A DNA stretch of 63,625 nt, filler included, from Candidatus Rokuibacteriota bacterium (GCA_031406795.1; 4 parts of 4 records of this genome joined end to end with filler, not necessarily neighbours in it), one strand, 5' to 3'. Shown: positions 8,910 to 18,815, numbered from the whole stretch's first letter. The notes: a model not told the origin generated them from the letters alone. Program-made: numbers and translations.

Positions 8910-9935
8910 ATGGAAGAGAAGATCCGTTCGCTCGGTGAGCGCGCGCACGCCGAACTCGGCGCCGCCGTCGAACCCGGGGCGCTCGAGTCCTGGCGTGTCG
9001 AGCATCTCGGCCGCAAGGGCGCGCTGGCGGCGCTGATGACGCAGCTGGGTGCCGTCCCCAAGGAGGACCGGCCGCGTCTCGGCGCACTGGCAAACGAGAT
9101 CAAGAACGGGCTGCAGGCCGCGTTCGACCGGCGACTCGCGGCCCTCGAGGCGGAAAGCCGCCGGGCCGCCGAGGCCGCCGAGCGCGTCGACGTGACGCTG
9201 CCGGGCGCTCCGCCGAACCCCGGCCGCCTGCACCTGACGACTCAGACACTGCGGCGCATCTGCCGCATCTTCCACGGCATGGGCTTCGAGATCTTCGAGA
9301 GCCCCGAGGTCGAGAGCGACCAGTACAACTTCGAGCTGCTCAACATGCCCCAGCACCACCCGGCGCGCGACATGTGGGACACCTTTTACGTCAACGAGAC
9401 GACGCTGCTGCGCACGCACACCTCGCCCGGGCAGATCCACGCGATGAAGGGCCGCGCCCCGGAGCCGCTCCGGGTCGTGCTGCCGGGCCGGGTCTTCCGC
9501 TACGAGGCGGTCTCCGCGCGCTCCGAGTTCATGTTCTACCAGGTCGAGGGGATCGCGGTCGGGCGCAACGTGACGATGGCGCAGCTCAAGGGGCTGTTCG
9601 AGAGCTTCGCGAGCCAGATGTACGGCGGCAAGCGGCGCCTGCGCCTGCGCGGCAGCTACTTCCCGTTCACCGAGCCGAGCGTCGAGATCGACATGGACTG
9701 CATCCTCTGCGGCGGCAGGGGCTGCCGGATCTGCAAGGGCGCCGGCTGGCTCGAGATCGGCGGCGCCGGCATGATCCACCCGACGGTGCTCGAAAACGGC
9801 GGGTACGACCCGGCGATCTTCTCCGGCTTCGCGTTCGGCATGGGTCCCGAGCGCATCGCGATGCAGGTGCACGGGATCGACGACATCCGCTATTTCTACT
9901 CGAACGACCTGCGTTTCCTGGCGCAATTCGGATAA
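8910..9935 (+). CDS. pheS: Phenylalanine--tRNA ligase alpha subunit
   Basis: HHPARDMWDTFY, LRTHTSPGQ, YFPFTEPS, GFAFGMGPERIAM. Confidence 0.97.
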   Translation: MEEKIRSLGERAHAELGAAVEPGALESWRVEHLGRKGALAALMTQLGAVPKEDRPRLGALANEIKNGLQAAFDRRLAALEAESRRAAEAAERVDVTLPGAPPNPGRLHLTTQTLRRICRIFHGMGFEIFESPEVESDQYNFELLNMPQHHPARDMWDTFYVNETTLLRTHTSPGQIHAMKGRAPEPLRVVLPGRVFRYEAVSARSEFMFYQVEGIAVGRNVTMAQLKGLFESFASQMYGGKRRLRLRGSYFPFTEPSVEIDMDCILCGGRGCRICKGAGWLEIGGAGMIHPTVLENGGYDPAIFSGFAFGMGPERIAMQVHGIDDIRYFYSNDLRFLAQFG

Positions 9936-9957
9936 CGGGAGATGAGCGGGCGCCGGC

Positions 9958-10074
9958 GGGAGGGGATCAACCCCTCCCCTAGAAACCTGGTTGACGATCG
10001 CGCAGGGGCGGGGTACATCCCCGCCCGGCCGAAGATGAATTGGAATGGCGTAGGGGCGGGGTTGACCCCCGCCC
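9958..10074. repeat. Cluster of three REP elements between pheS and pheT
   Basis: Inverted copy 9958-9982; direct copies 10002-10026 and 10050-10074 (GTAGGGGCGGGGTTGACCCCCGCCC). Confidence 0.75.
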
Positions 10075-10087
10075 ATGAGGAGCCCCG

Positions 10088-12532
10088 ATGCGCGTACCGC
10101 TGAAGTGGCTGTCCGAGTTCGTGACGATCGACGTCCCGCTCGACGACCTGCTGGAGCGCCTGCCGACCGCCGGCATCGAAGTCGGCGAGATCGAGCGCGT
10201 CGGGGCCGACTGGGACCGCGAGAAGGTCCTGGTCGGCGAGGTCACCGCGGTGCGGCAGCACCCGAACGCCGACCGGCTGACGCTGGCGACGGTCGCCTAC
10301 GGCGGGGGACGATCGATCGAAGTGGTGACCGGCGCCCCGAACATCACGATCGGCATGGCCGGCGTCAAGGTGCCGCTCGCGCTCTCGGGTGCCAGGCTCG
10401 TCGACGCCTATGCGCCCGCGGGCGGCTTTATCGTGCTCAAACCCTCGAAGATCCGCGGTGTGCGTTCCGAGGGGATGGTCTGCTCGGAGAAGGAACTGGG
10501 TATCAGCGCCGAGCACGGCGGCATCCTGATCCTTCCCGAGGACGCCGAGCCCGGCACGCCGCTCGTCGACTACCTGGGCGACACCGTATTGCACGTCGAG
10601 CTCACCCCGAACCTCTCGCATTGCCTCTCGCTTGCCGGGATCGCGCGCGAAGTGGCGGCGATGGGTTGCGGTACGCTGGTGGATCGCGCCGAATCGGTCG
10701 TCGAGGGCGACGGCGTCGCGGCCGAACAGGTCGCGGTGCGCATCGAGGCCCCGGAGCTCTGCGGCCGCTACTGCGCGGCGGTCGTCGCCGGGGTGACGAT
10801 CGGTACCGCGCCGTTCGCGATGCGCCACCGGTTGCGGCTGGCCGGCATCCGGCCGATCAACAACGTCGTCGACGCGACCAACTACGTCATGTGGGAGACC
10901 GGGCAGCCGCTGCACGCGTTCGATCTCGATACGCTGCGCGGCGAGGCCGGATCGGTCGGGCCGGTGATCGTCGTGCGCCCGTCCCGCGAGGGCGAGGTCA
11001 TGAAGACACTCGATAACGTCGAGCGCCCGCTCGCGACGGGCACGCTGCTGATCTGCGACGGCGCCGGACCGGTCGCGCTCGCGGGCGTCATGGGCGGCCT
11101 GCACAGCGAGGTCACCGACCAGACGCGGCGCGTGCTGATCGAAGCCGCGCAGTTCGACCGCACTAGCATCCGGGTGACCGCGATCGGCCAGCGCCTGCCG
11201 AGCGAGGCGTCGCTGCGCTTCGGGCGCGGCGTGCCGGCCGCCGGCAGCCTGGGTGCGGCCCGCCGCGCCGCCGAGCTGATGCGCCGGCACGCCGGCGGCT
11301 CGATCGCCCGCGGGGTGGTCGACGTTTACCCGCGCCCGCAGCCGGCGACGCCGGTGCGGCTCCCGGCAGGGGAGATCGAGCGCATTCTCGGCTTTGTCGT
11401 CCCCGCCGCGGAAGTCGGCCGTATCCTCCGCTCCCTCGGCTGCACGGTGGTCGAGGAGGGAACCGACTTCGTGGTCACGCCGCCGCCGACGCGCCTGGAT
11501 CTCACGATCGCCGCCGACCTGGTCGAGGAGGTCGCGCGCATCACCGGCTACCACCGCATCCCGAGCGCGCCGATGTCCGGCGAGTTCGCGCCGCCGCGCC
11601 CGAACCCGGAGATGGACGCCGAGGACCGCGCGCGCGACGCGCTCGTCGCCTGCGGCCTGACCGAGGTCATCACCTACTCGCTGACCGACCCGGCCTGGTG
11701 CCTGCGCCTCGGCATCGAAGCGGACGTCAGCGGCTTCGTCTGCCTCGCCAACCCGATGACCGCAGATCGCACCCACCTGCGCCGCCACATCCTGCCCGGC
11801 CTGCTCGAGACGCTGCGCTACAACCTGCGCTACGTCGAGCGCGTCGCGATCTTCGAGCTGGCGCGCGTCTACCTCCCCTCGGCGGTGCAGCTCCCCGAAG
11901 AGCCGCGGCGGCTGGCGCTGCTGCTCAGCGGCGCATCAATGCTGCCGTGGTGGGGCAACCCCGCGCCGCCCCCCTATGACTTCTTCCACGCCAAGGGGAT
12001 CCTCGAGACGCTCGCCGAACGGCTCAATGTCGGGCCGCTGTCGTTCGCGCCCTACGAGGGTTCGCCGTACCAGAGCGGCCGCGCCGCCGTCGTGTCGCGC
12101 GGCAGCGAGACGCTCGGCACCTTCGGTGAACTCGACCCCTCGCTGCGCCACGTCTTCGACCTGCCCGAGCGTCGCGTGGTGCTCGGCGAGTTCGACGCCG
12201 CTGCGCTGCTGGCCGGCGCGGGCCTCGGCGCCTACCGCACCCTCTCGCGCTACCCGGTGCTGACGCAGGACCTGGCGATCGTCTGCCCCGAGGAACTGCA
12301 GGCGGCGCTGGTCGAGGAGACGGTCCGCGCGGCCGCCGGGGATCTGCTCGCCTCGGTGCGGCTCTTCGATGTCTACCGCGGCGACCCACTGCCCGCGGGG
12401 ACCAGAAGCCTGGCCTTCACGCTGACCTTCCAGGCCGCGGATCGCACGCTGGCCGAGGAGGATGTCCAGCCGGCGCGCGCGAGGATCATCGCGGCGTTGA
12501 AGGACAAGCACGGGGTCGAGCTGCGCGCCTGA
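10088..12532 (+). CDS. pheT: Phenylalanine--tRNA ligase beta subunit
   Basis: HPNADRL, IRGVRSEGMVCSEKELG, NNVVDATNYVM, DLVEEVARI, FDX-ACB C-terminus (LFDVYRG). Confidence 0.97.
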   Translation: MRVPLKWLSEFVTIDVPLDDLLERLPTAGIEVGEIERVGADWDREKVLVGEVTAVRQHPNADRLTLATVAYGGGRSIEVVTGAPNITIGMAGVKVPLALSGARLVDAYAPAGGFIVLKPSKIRGVRSEGMVCSEKELGISAEHGGILILPEDAEPGTPLVDYLGDTVLHVELTPNLSHCLSLAGIAREVAAMGCGTLVDRAESVVEGDGVAAEQVAVRIEAPELCGRYCAAVVAGVTIGTAPFAMRHRLRLAGIRPINNVVDATNYVMWETGQPLHAFDLDTLRGEAGSVGPVIVVRPSREGEVMKTLDNVERPLATGTLLICDGAGPVALAGVMGGLHSEVTDQTRRVLIEAAQFDRTSIRVTAIGQRLPSEASLRFGRGVPAAGSLGAARRAAELMRRHAGGSIARGVVDVYPRPQPATPVRLPAGEIERILGFVVPAAEVGRILRSLGCTVVEEGTDFVVTPPPTRLDLTIAADLVEEVARITGYHRIPSAPMSGEFAPPRPNPEMDAEDRARDALVACGLTEVITYSLTDPAWCLRLGIEADVSGFVCLANPMTADRTHLRRHILPGLLETLRYNLRYVERVAIFELARVYLPSAVQLPEEPRRLALLLSGASMLPWWGNPAPPPYDFFHAKGILETLAERLNVGPLSFAPYEGSPYQSGRAAVVSRGSETLGTFGELDPSLRHVFDLPERRVVLGEFDAAALLAGAGLGAYRTLSRYPVLTQDLAIVCPEELQAALVEETVRAAAGDLLASVRLFDVYRGDPLPAGTRSLAFTLTFQAADRTLAEEDVQPARARIIAALKDKHGVELRA

Positions 12533-12544
12533 TTGGCCGCTGAG

Positions 12545-12605
12545 GGGCCTATTTGCGGCGTTGCCCTTTTCGCGACTTCCTGCGACGTGCGAGAGTACGT
12601 CGCGG
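12545..12605 (+). repeat. Degenerate copy of the MITE-like repeat
   Basis: GGGCCTATTTGCGGCGTTGC resembles family 5' end GGGCCCATCTGCGGCGTTGC. Confidence 0.4.
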
Positions 12606-12753
12606 TGTATGATTTGTGTTGACTTGCCTTTGAATGTGCCTAAAGATCATGCCATCCAATGAGAGGAGCAGGTCAGGGGATGCACCTTTCCCTTGCTCGA
12701 GGGACGGATCGAAGGAATAGCGCGATCATCCCCAGCCCGAGGTGATAGAACGC

Positions 12754-13335
12754 ATGGTACCAGCGGCGCTGAAGCGGGACGCGAAATACACTTATACAGA
12801 TTACATCCAGTGGTCCGAGGACGAGCGCTGGGAGTTGATACACGGTGTCGCGTATAACATGACACCGGCGCCCTCGCGGACCCACCAGAAAATCTCGAAG
12901 AGACTGCTGGTTGAGTTTGAAATTCATCTTCGGGGCAAGCGGTGCGAAGTGTACGACGCCCCTTTCGACGTCCGCCTCACGGCGCCCGGCGAATCCGACG
13001 AAACGACGAGCACGGTTGTCCAGCCGGACCTGGTGGTGGTCTGCGATCTGTCAAAGTTGGACGACCGGGGCTGCAAGGGCGCCCCGGATCTCGTGATCGA
13101 GATCCTCTCCCCCGAGTCAGTGGCGAGGGATCAGAAGGAGAAATTCCTTCTCTATGAACAGGCGGGGGTGCTGGAATACTGGCTGGTCCATCCAACAGAT
13201 CGTATCGTCACGGTCTTTCATCGCGGTGCCGACGGTGCCTACGGCCGCCCGGCGGTTTACACGCCCGACGAGCGGATCCGGGTCGGCGTCCTTCCGGAGC
13301 TGGAGATCGATCTCGCCGCCGTGTTCGGGGAGTAG
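12754..13335 (+). CDS. Uma2-family (DUF820) PD-(D/E)XK nuclease
   Basis: WELIHG, PAPSRTHQ, VVQPDLVVVC, GAPDLVIEILSP, YEQAGVLEYWLV. Confidence 0.92.
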   Translation: MVPAALKRDAKYTYTDYIQWSEDERWELIHGVAYNMTPAPSRTHQKISKRLLVEFEIHLRGKRCEVYDAPFDVRLTAPGESDETTSTVVQPDLVVVCDLSKLDDRGCKGAPDLVIEILSPESVARDQKEKFLLYEQAGVLEYWLVHPTDRIVTVFHRGADGAYGRPAVYTPDERIRVGVLPELEIDLAAVFGE

Positions 13336-13427
13336 GGAACTCACGCCAGGACGAAGGTTTCGTGCAATCGTGATAGGGTTCCATCTCTCCCAATTCCGTG
13401 GCCAGCGACATTGAGGCTGATGGAATC

Positions 13428-13625
13428 ATGCCGCCGAAGACAAAGGATCTGATGGTTGAACTGGAGCGGGCCGGATTCGTGGATCGGGGTGGCAAGGGCA
13501 GTCACAGGAACTACGTTCACCCCTTGGTTTCGAGACCGATTACGATTTCCGGAAACCCGAGCGAAGACGCAAAGTATTATCAAGTACGAGCAGTACGGAT
13601 GGCGGTTGAGGAGACCAAGCGATGA
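13428..13625 (+). CDS. hicA: HicA-family toxin
   Basis: LERAGFVDRGGKGSHRNYVHP with the HicA GSH motif. Confidence 0.88.
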   Translation: MPPKTKDLMVELERAGFVDRGGKGSHRNYVHPLVSRPITISGNPSEDAKYYQVRAVRMAVEETKR

Positions 13626-13861
13626 AGGAGAGCGCCCGCTACGTAAAGTTGGTGGAGTGGTCCGAGGAAGACGGATGTTATGTGGGTAGCGCCCCCGGTC
13701 TCATCTACGGCGGCTGCCACGGCGAAGACGAGAAAGCAGTCTTCGAGCAACTTTGCCAAGTCGTCGAAGAGGCGGTCGCGCTCTATCAGGAGGAGGGCAG
13801 ACAGCTTCCCCCTCCCACCTCTGGGCATGACTTCGCCAACAAGATGCAGCATGTTGCATGA
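13622..13861 (+). CDS. hicB: HicB-family antitoxin
   Basis: VEWSEEDGCYVGSAPGL...CHG; ATGA overlap with hicA. Confidence 0.85.
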   Translation: MKESARYVKLVEWSEEDGCYVGSAPGLIYGGCHGEDEKAVFEQLCQVVEEAVALYQEEGRQLPPPTSGHDFANKMQHVA

Positions 13862-14033
13862 TCCAGCCCAATGGCAGTTGACCATGAGCACCGAAGGCTT
13901 CTGGCAGACGCAGTTCGGCTACGCCGGGACGATCCCGCTCGGCGGCACTCTGAGATAAATGATGAACTTCAGTAGCTCGGGTCCGTCTCGAAGTCAGCAG
14001 AGACGGGTAAGGAGACCGGCTCTGGTATAGAGT

Positions 14034-15995
14034 ATGCAAATCGTGGCACTGCAACGGTCGATTCAAGCCTTGGTGCGCCCGGCGTGTCTCGTCGCAGCGG
14101 TCTTCTTCGCCCTCTGCCTTGACCCCGTTGTCCTGCGCGCGGCCGGTCCTGTCGTCACGGTGACCTCCATGAATCCCGACTCGGGAGTCTGGATGACCCC
14201 CTGCTGCGGCATGAACGCCTGCGCCCAGTTCGTCGAGTCGACCCCATTCACGATCAGCTGCCCGGGTGGGACCCCCGTCCGGCTCGAGGCCCCCGCCAGC
14301 GTCGGCGAGACGCCCTTCACCGAGTGGCGGCGTCCGGGCTCTTTGCCTTACACCATCTCGCCGACGTTCATCGTCCTGCCGGACACCGACGTCACGCTCA
14401 CCGTAGTCTACGGGAATCCCGTCGAACCCCTCCCCGACTTTGCCGTCACCGGCATCACCCTCACGCCCGCGTCGCCCATCACCGGGCTCACCTTCAGCGC
14501 TCAGGTCACGGTGACGAACCAGGGCGCGGCCGTCAATACGTACGACGGCTGGCTCGACATCTGGACCGACCGGGCCGCCGCCGCCGGGTGCAGGATCTAC
14601 GGCACCACCGGCAGAGGGTTCGGCAGCCTCGCCCCCGGGGCGGGCCGGGTGCTGACGTTCACCGGCCTGACCGCCGGACCGGCCGGGGCCGCGACCTTCC
14701 GCGCCTTCGCCGAGGTGGACTGCCTGATCGAGGAAGCCGACGAGACGAACAACGAGGCGACCCTCGCCTACACGGTGCGCCCGCGCAAGACCCTGTCAGT
14801 CTCCTCGGTGAACCCTGCGAACGCCGCGATCCAGGTCTCCCCAAACGACCTCGTGGGTCAGGCGACCGGGACCGCCCCTTTCAGCCGCTCCTACGACCCC
14901 GGCGCGGTTGTGACCCTCACCGCGCCCGCCGACGTGGGGGGCTACGTCTTCCAGAAGTGGCGCCGGGACGGGCTCGATTTCGCGACGACGCGCTCCGTCG
15001 AGGTGACCATGGAAGCCGACCACAACCTCGTCGCCGTCTACGCGCGCCCGCCGTCACCGGATTTCTGGGTCAGCAGCATCACCGTCATGCCCACGCAACC
15101 CACGGCAGGGTATGCCTTCAGCGCCTCGATTACCGTCCAGAACAGGGGAAACGCCGGCGGCAACGGGGGGAGCCTTGCCGTCTGGGCCAACAAGCTCTTC
15201 AACTCCACGTGCACCCGGTACGAGTCGGGGATGTGTTTGGAGTACACCCCCTCGTGCAACTGGTACGAGGCGGATCAGGGGCTCCAGGTCGGCACGCTCG
15301 CCGCTGGCGAAAGCAGGACGTTCGTCTTCAGCGGCCTCGGACCGCTCGCCCAGGGCAGCGCTTACTACCTCCGCGCGTACGTCGATGCCGAATGCGAGAC
15401 TTCCGAAGGCGTGAACGGCGACCTGGAGGGCGACAACCAGAGCACCCGCAACTACCTCGTGATCACCGGTACGGTTCATACCTTGTATGTCGACACCCTC
15501 GACGGCCGGGACACGCAGATCGCCCACAGCATGGACATCTCCGGGAAGACGATCGGCACGACGCAGTTCACGCGAAACTTCCGGGACCGCTCGACGGTGA
15601 CTCTCACCGCGCCCCCGACGACTCCCGACGGTGGCGTCTTCCAGAAGTGGCTCGGGCTCGAACCCGTGGTCCCAACCACCCCCGAGGTCACGTTCACGAT
15701 GGACACCGACAAGTGGGTTGAGGCGGTCTACGTCGGCCCTGGGGAGCCCGACTTCGCCGTGACCGGTCTCGCCCTCGAACCGCCCGGCCCGCCGGCGGGG
15801 GGGACCTTCTCTGCGACGGTGACCATCACCAACGTCGGCACCGGCCGCGGGGTCCCCGGCACGCTCGTCCTGTTCCCGGACCGGAGCGTCCCGGCAAACT
15901 GTTGGGCAACGACGATCTACGGTCCGATGCACATCTACGATCTCGCCGCCGGAGCGTCCCTGACCTTTACGATCCCGGACATTCCCGCTGGTGCG
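14034..15995 (+). CDS. Secreted CARDB/Ig-like repeat surface protein (truncated at gap)
   Basis: Signal peptide; three PDF(A/W)V..I/L...P....FSA..T..N.G CARDB-like units alternating with LTAP...FQKW modules. Confidence 0.8.
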
Positions 15996-16095
15996 NNNNN
16001 NNNNNNNNNNNNNNNNNNNNNNNNNNNNNNNNNNNNNNNTTAATTAATTAANNNNNNNNNNNNNNNNNNNNNNNNNNNNNNNNNNNNNNNNNNNN
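15996..16095. other. Assembly gap / contig linker
   Basis: N run with central TTAATTAATTAA. Confidence 0.98.
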
Positions 16096-16257
16096 CTCTC
16101 GCGGCTCTCGACGCCCTTCACCACGCTCAAGGAGAACGGCAACGGCCTGGGGCTCTTTCTGGCCCGCGAAATCCTGCAGCATCACGGCGGCCGGCTCGAA
16201 ATCCAGAGCATCCAGGACGAGGGCACCTCGGTCATCCTCACCCTCCCCTATGCCTGA
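16096..16257 (+). CDS. 3' end of the sensor histidine kinase otherwise encoded at 16787-17766
   Basis: LSRLSTPFTTLKENGNGLGLFLAREILQHHGGRLEIQSIQDEGTSVILTLPYA*; first 83 bp are the reverse complement of 16787-16869. Confidence 0.85.
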   Translation, partial: LSRLSTPFTTLKENGNGLGLFLAREILQHHGGRLEIQSIQDEGTSVILTLPYA

Positions 16258-16395
16258 TCGAATGCCGACATTGGTGTTTCCCGTGCGCGCTGCGGGGTCC
16301 TGTCGCTGCGGACCTCCATCGTCCTCCCTTCGGTCCGGCGCTGGAGACCTCCCCTCCGCGCCACCCCTGCGCTGTTCCCGTATTCAAATCCAGCG

Positions 16396-16586
16396 GCGGC
16401 GAGACGGTGACGGGCGGTCGCATGGCGAAGCGCGAGGGAACCGCAGCGGCCGCACCGAAGTGTCCCCGGAGGGGCAAAGTGTGCTGTCTGAGCCCGAAGG
16501 GCGAGTTGCACACTTTGAACGCAGGGGCGGACAAGCTGCGGTCGAGCGCGTAGCTCAGCGACCGCACGGCACCGTCCCGTCGCCGC
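16396..16586. repeat. ~190-nt highly structured element, copy 1
   Basis: Homologous to 41338-41524; terminal inverted arms and nested stems with compensatory changes. Confidence 0.8.
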
Positions 16587-16590
16587 GTGC

Positions 16591-16789
16591 ATGGGTACGT
16601 CCTTGAACGGTCACGCGGCTGTGAAGAAGACGATTCTCGTCGCCGACGACGACCGGAACACGTCCGCGGCGATGCGCGAGGGGCTCGAGGACGAAGGCTA
16701 CACCGTCTTCTGCGCCGGCTCCGGAACCGAGGGACTGGAACTCGCGCGCGCAAAGAAGCCGGACCTCGTGCTGACCGACCTGATGATGC
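16591..16789 (+). CDS. Response regulator receiver domain, truncated at inversion junction
   Basis: KKTILVADDD...KPDLVLTDLMM, then reads into the antisense strand of the kinase gene. Confidence 0.8.
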
Positions 16790-17766
16790 AGGATTTCGCG
16801 GGCCAGAAAGAGCCCCAGGCCGTTGCCGTTCTCCTTGAGCGTGGTGAAGGGCGTCGAGAGCCGCGAGAGGGCTTCGGGAGGAATCCCCTCGCCGGTGTCG
16901 CTCACCGTGATCCGGTAGCCGGCCGGGGAATCCTCGGTGGAGACGGTGATCGCGCCGCCGGCTTTCATCGCGTCGCGCGAGTTCGCGAAGAGGTTGAGCA
17001 GCACGCGACGCAGCTGGCGCTGGTTGACCTGCAGCGTCACGGGGCGCGCCCGGAACGCGGTGCCGACGGCGATCCCGCGGCGGGCATTTTCGGCGGCGAC
17101 CTCCTCGACGAAACCGCGGAGGAACCCTTCAATGACCGTCTCCTGGCGCTCGCCTCCCGCGAGTCGCGCCAGCGCGAGATAACTCTCGACGATTTCGTTG
17201 AGGCGTTCGACCTCCTCCTCGAGCACGCGGCAGTAGTGCCGAAGCCGCTCCGCCTGCGGGCCGCGCGTGCGCCGCACCCGTTCCTGCAGCAGGTCGGAGT
17301 TCAGGAAGATCGAGTTGAGCGGGGAGCGGATTTCGTGCGCGACCTTGCCGGCGACGATCGCCATCGCCGAGAGCTTCTCCGAACGCTCCAGCCGGCGCTG
17401 CAATTCCTGAACCTCGGTGCGGTCGAGCACCCAGGCGAGCAGGCGCGAGCCGCGACCGGAGGTGAGTTTCTGCAGGCGAACCGCCACGGGACGCGGTGCG
17501 GCCGCGGGTCGCGCGAGGGCGCCCTCGATCGGTTCCCCGGAGGCGATCGCCTTGCGCGAGCGCAGCAGCGCGGCGAGCTGCGGCACCGGCGCGAAGAACT
17601 CCTGGAGGTCGCGGCCGGCGAGCGCCTGCGCTCCGATTTCCATCAGCGCGGCAGCGGCGGGATTCGCGGCGTGGATGCGCCCGCGGCGGTCGATGACGAG
17701 ACAGGGCAGGGGAGCACTCGGCCAGCATTCGCCGGTGGTGGCCGGCGGGGTCTTCGCGGTTCGCAT
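16787..17766 (-). CDS. PAS-domain sensor histidine kinase (3' end displaced)
   Basis: PAS (VIDRRGRIHAANPAA), H-box VAHEIRSPL, N-box LLNLFANSRDA, DTGEGI, GNGLGL. Confidence 0.88.
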
Positions 17767-17958
17767 AATGTGTTTCGGATGGTAGAGAGGGGAGGTGATG
17801 GTGTCAACGGAAAACCGGTGAGCCTGCCGCCGAAAATGGCCCATCCGCGGCGCGCGGTTTGCGCGTGGAGTGGCTCGATCGGCCGGTCCTGCGCTATTTG
17901 CGGCAGAAAGCCGGGCCGTGGTTGACGAACCGGCAAGAGCGGAGTATGTATTTCCCTG

Positions 17959-18810
17959 ATGACCAAGGGGAGTGAACTTACGCAGCGAGAGGACCTGGCC
18001 GGCCTGTTTGCCGCCGCCCGTTTCGGCGAGATCGAACGGCTGCTGCATGCGCATCCGGGCCGCCTGCCCGAGGTCGTCCCGTTGCTTCGGAGTACCGAGA
18101 GCGATGCCGTCTGTTCATTGCTCCAGGTCGTCGGGCGGGTCGGCTTCGACTTTCCCCAGGAGATCCTCCCGGTGCTGCCGGTGATCGCCTCGCTGCTCGG
18201 GCACGCGGACCCGTACGTGCGCGCGGACGCCGCGTACGCGTTCGGCACGGCGGTCTTCACGCACCGGGAGCCGGCCGCGGCCGCGGTATCGCAGTTGCGC
18301 GCGCTGCTCGACGACGGACTCCTCCAGGCCCGCGCCGACGCCGCCCGCGCGCTGGGCAACATCGGCTTCTATCACCCGGACCTCACGCGCGAGGCGGTCC
18401 CGCGGCTTCTGGCCCTGCTCGACGACGGCGACGACGAGGAACGCGAGGCGGCGGCGCATGCGCTCGGCAAGATCGGCGCGAACTCGCCGGAGCTGCTGCC
18501 GGTGATCTTTCCCCGTCTGGTGCGCGAGCTGGAGAAGACGCACGAGGCCTCGTGCAGCGGCATTCTGCTGGCGTTCGGGAGCGCGGGTGCGCATTTCCCC
18601 GAAATGGTGCGTGAGCACATCCCCAAGCTGATGAAATTCCTGCGGAGCGAGAACCCGGACATTGTGCGTTATGCGGTGCTCGCTCTCGGCAACCTCGCCA
18701 CGAGCACCCCCGACCTGGTGCGCGTCGCCCGGCCCGAACTGGAGCGGCTGGCGAAGTCGACGGACATGGATCTCGCCGCCAATTCCCAGATGGCCCTCTC
18801 GCTGTTGTAG
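17959..18810 (+). CDS. HEAT-repeat protein
   Basis: Repeated (V/A/E)R..AA.ALG.IG units. Confidence 0.88.
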   Translation: MTKGSELTQREDLAGLFAAARFGEIERLLHAHPGRLPEVVPLLRSTESDAVCSLLQVVGRVGFDFPQEILPVLPVIASLLGHADPYVRADAAYAFGTAVFTHREPAAAAVSQLRALLDDGLLQARADAARALGNIGFYHPDLTREAVPRLLALLDDGDDEEREAAAHALGKIGANSPELLPVIFPRLVRELEKTHEASCSGILLAFGSAGAHFPEMVREHIPKLMKFLRSENPDIVRYAVLALGNLATSTPDLVRVARPELERLAKSTDMDLAANSQMALSLL

Positions 18811-18815
18811 CCGCG

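Noticed and set aside
13341-13891. Minus-strand ORFs 13341-13583 and 13580-13891
   Set aside because: Antisense shadows of hicA and hicB
15996-16095. TTAATTAATTAA palindrome inside N runs (also 41238 and 57959)
   Set aside because: Artificial contig linker with stops in all frames; not biological
16591-17925. 444-aa ORF that looks like a receiver fused to a novel domain
   Set aside because: After residue ~66 it is the antisense reading of the kinase gene across the inversion junction
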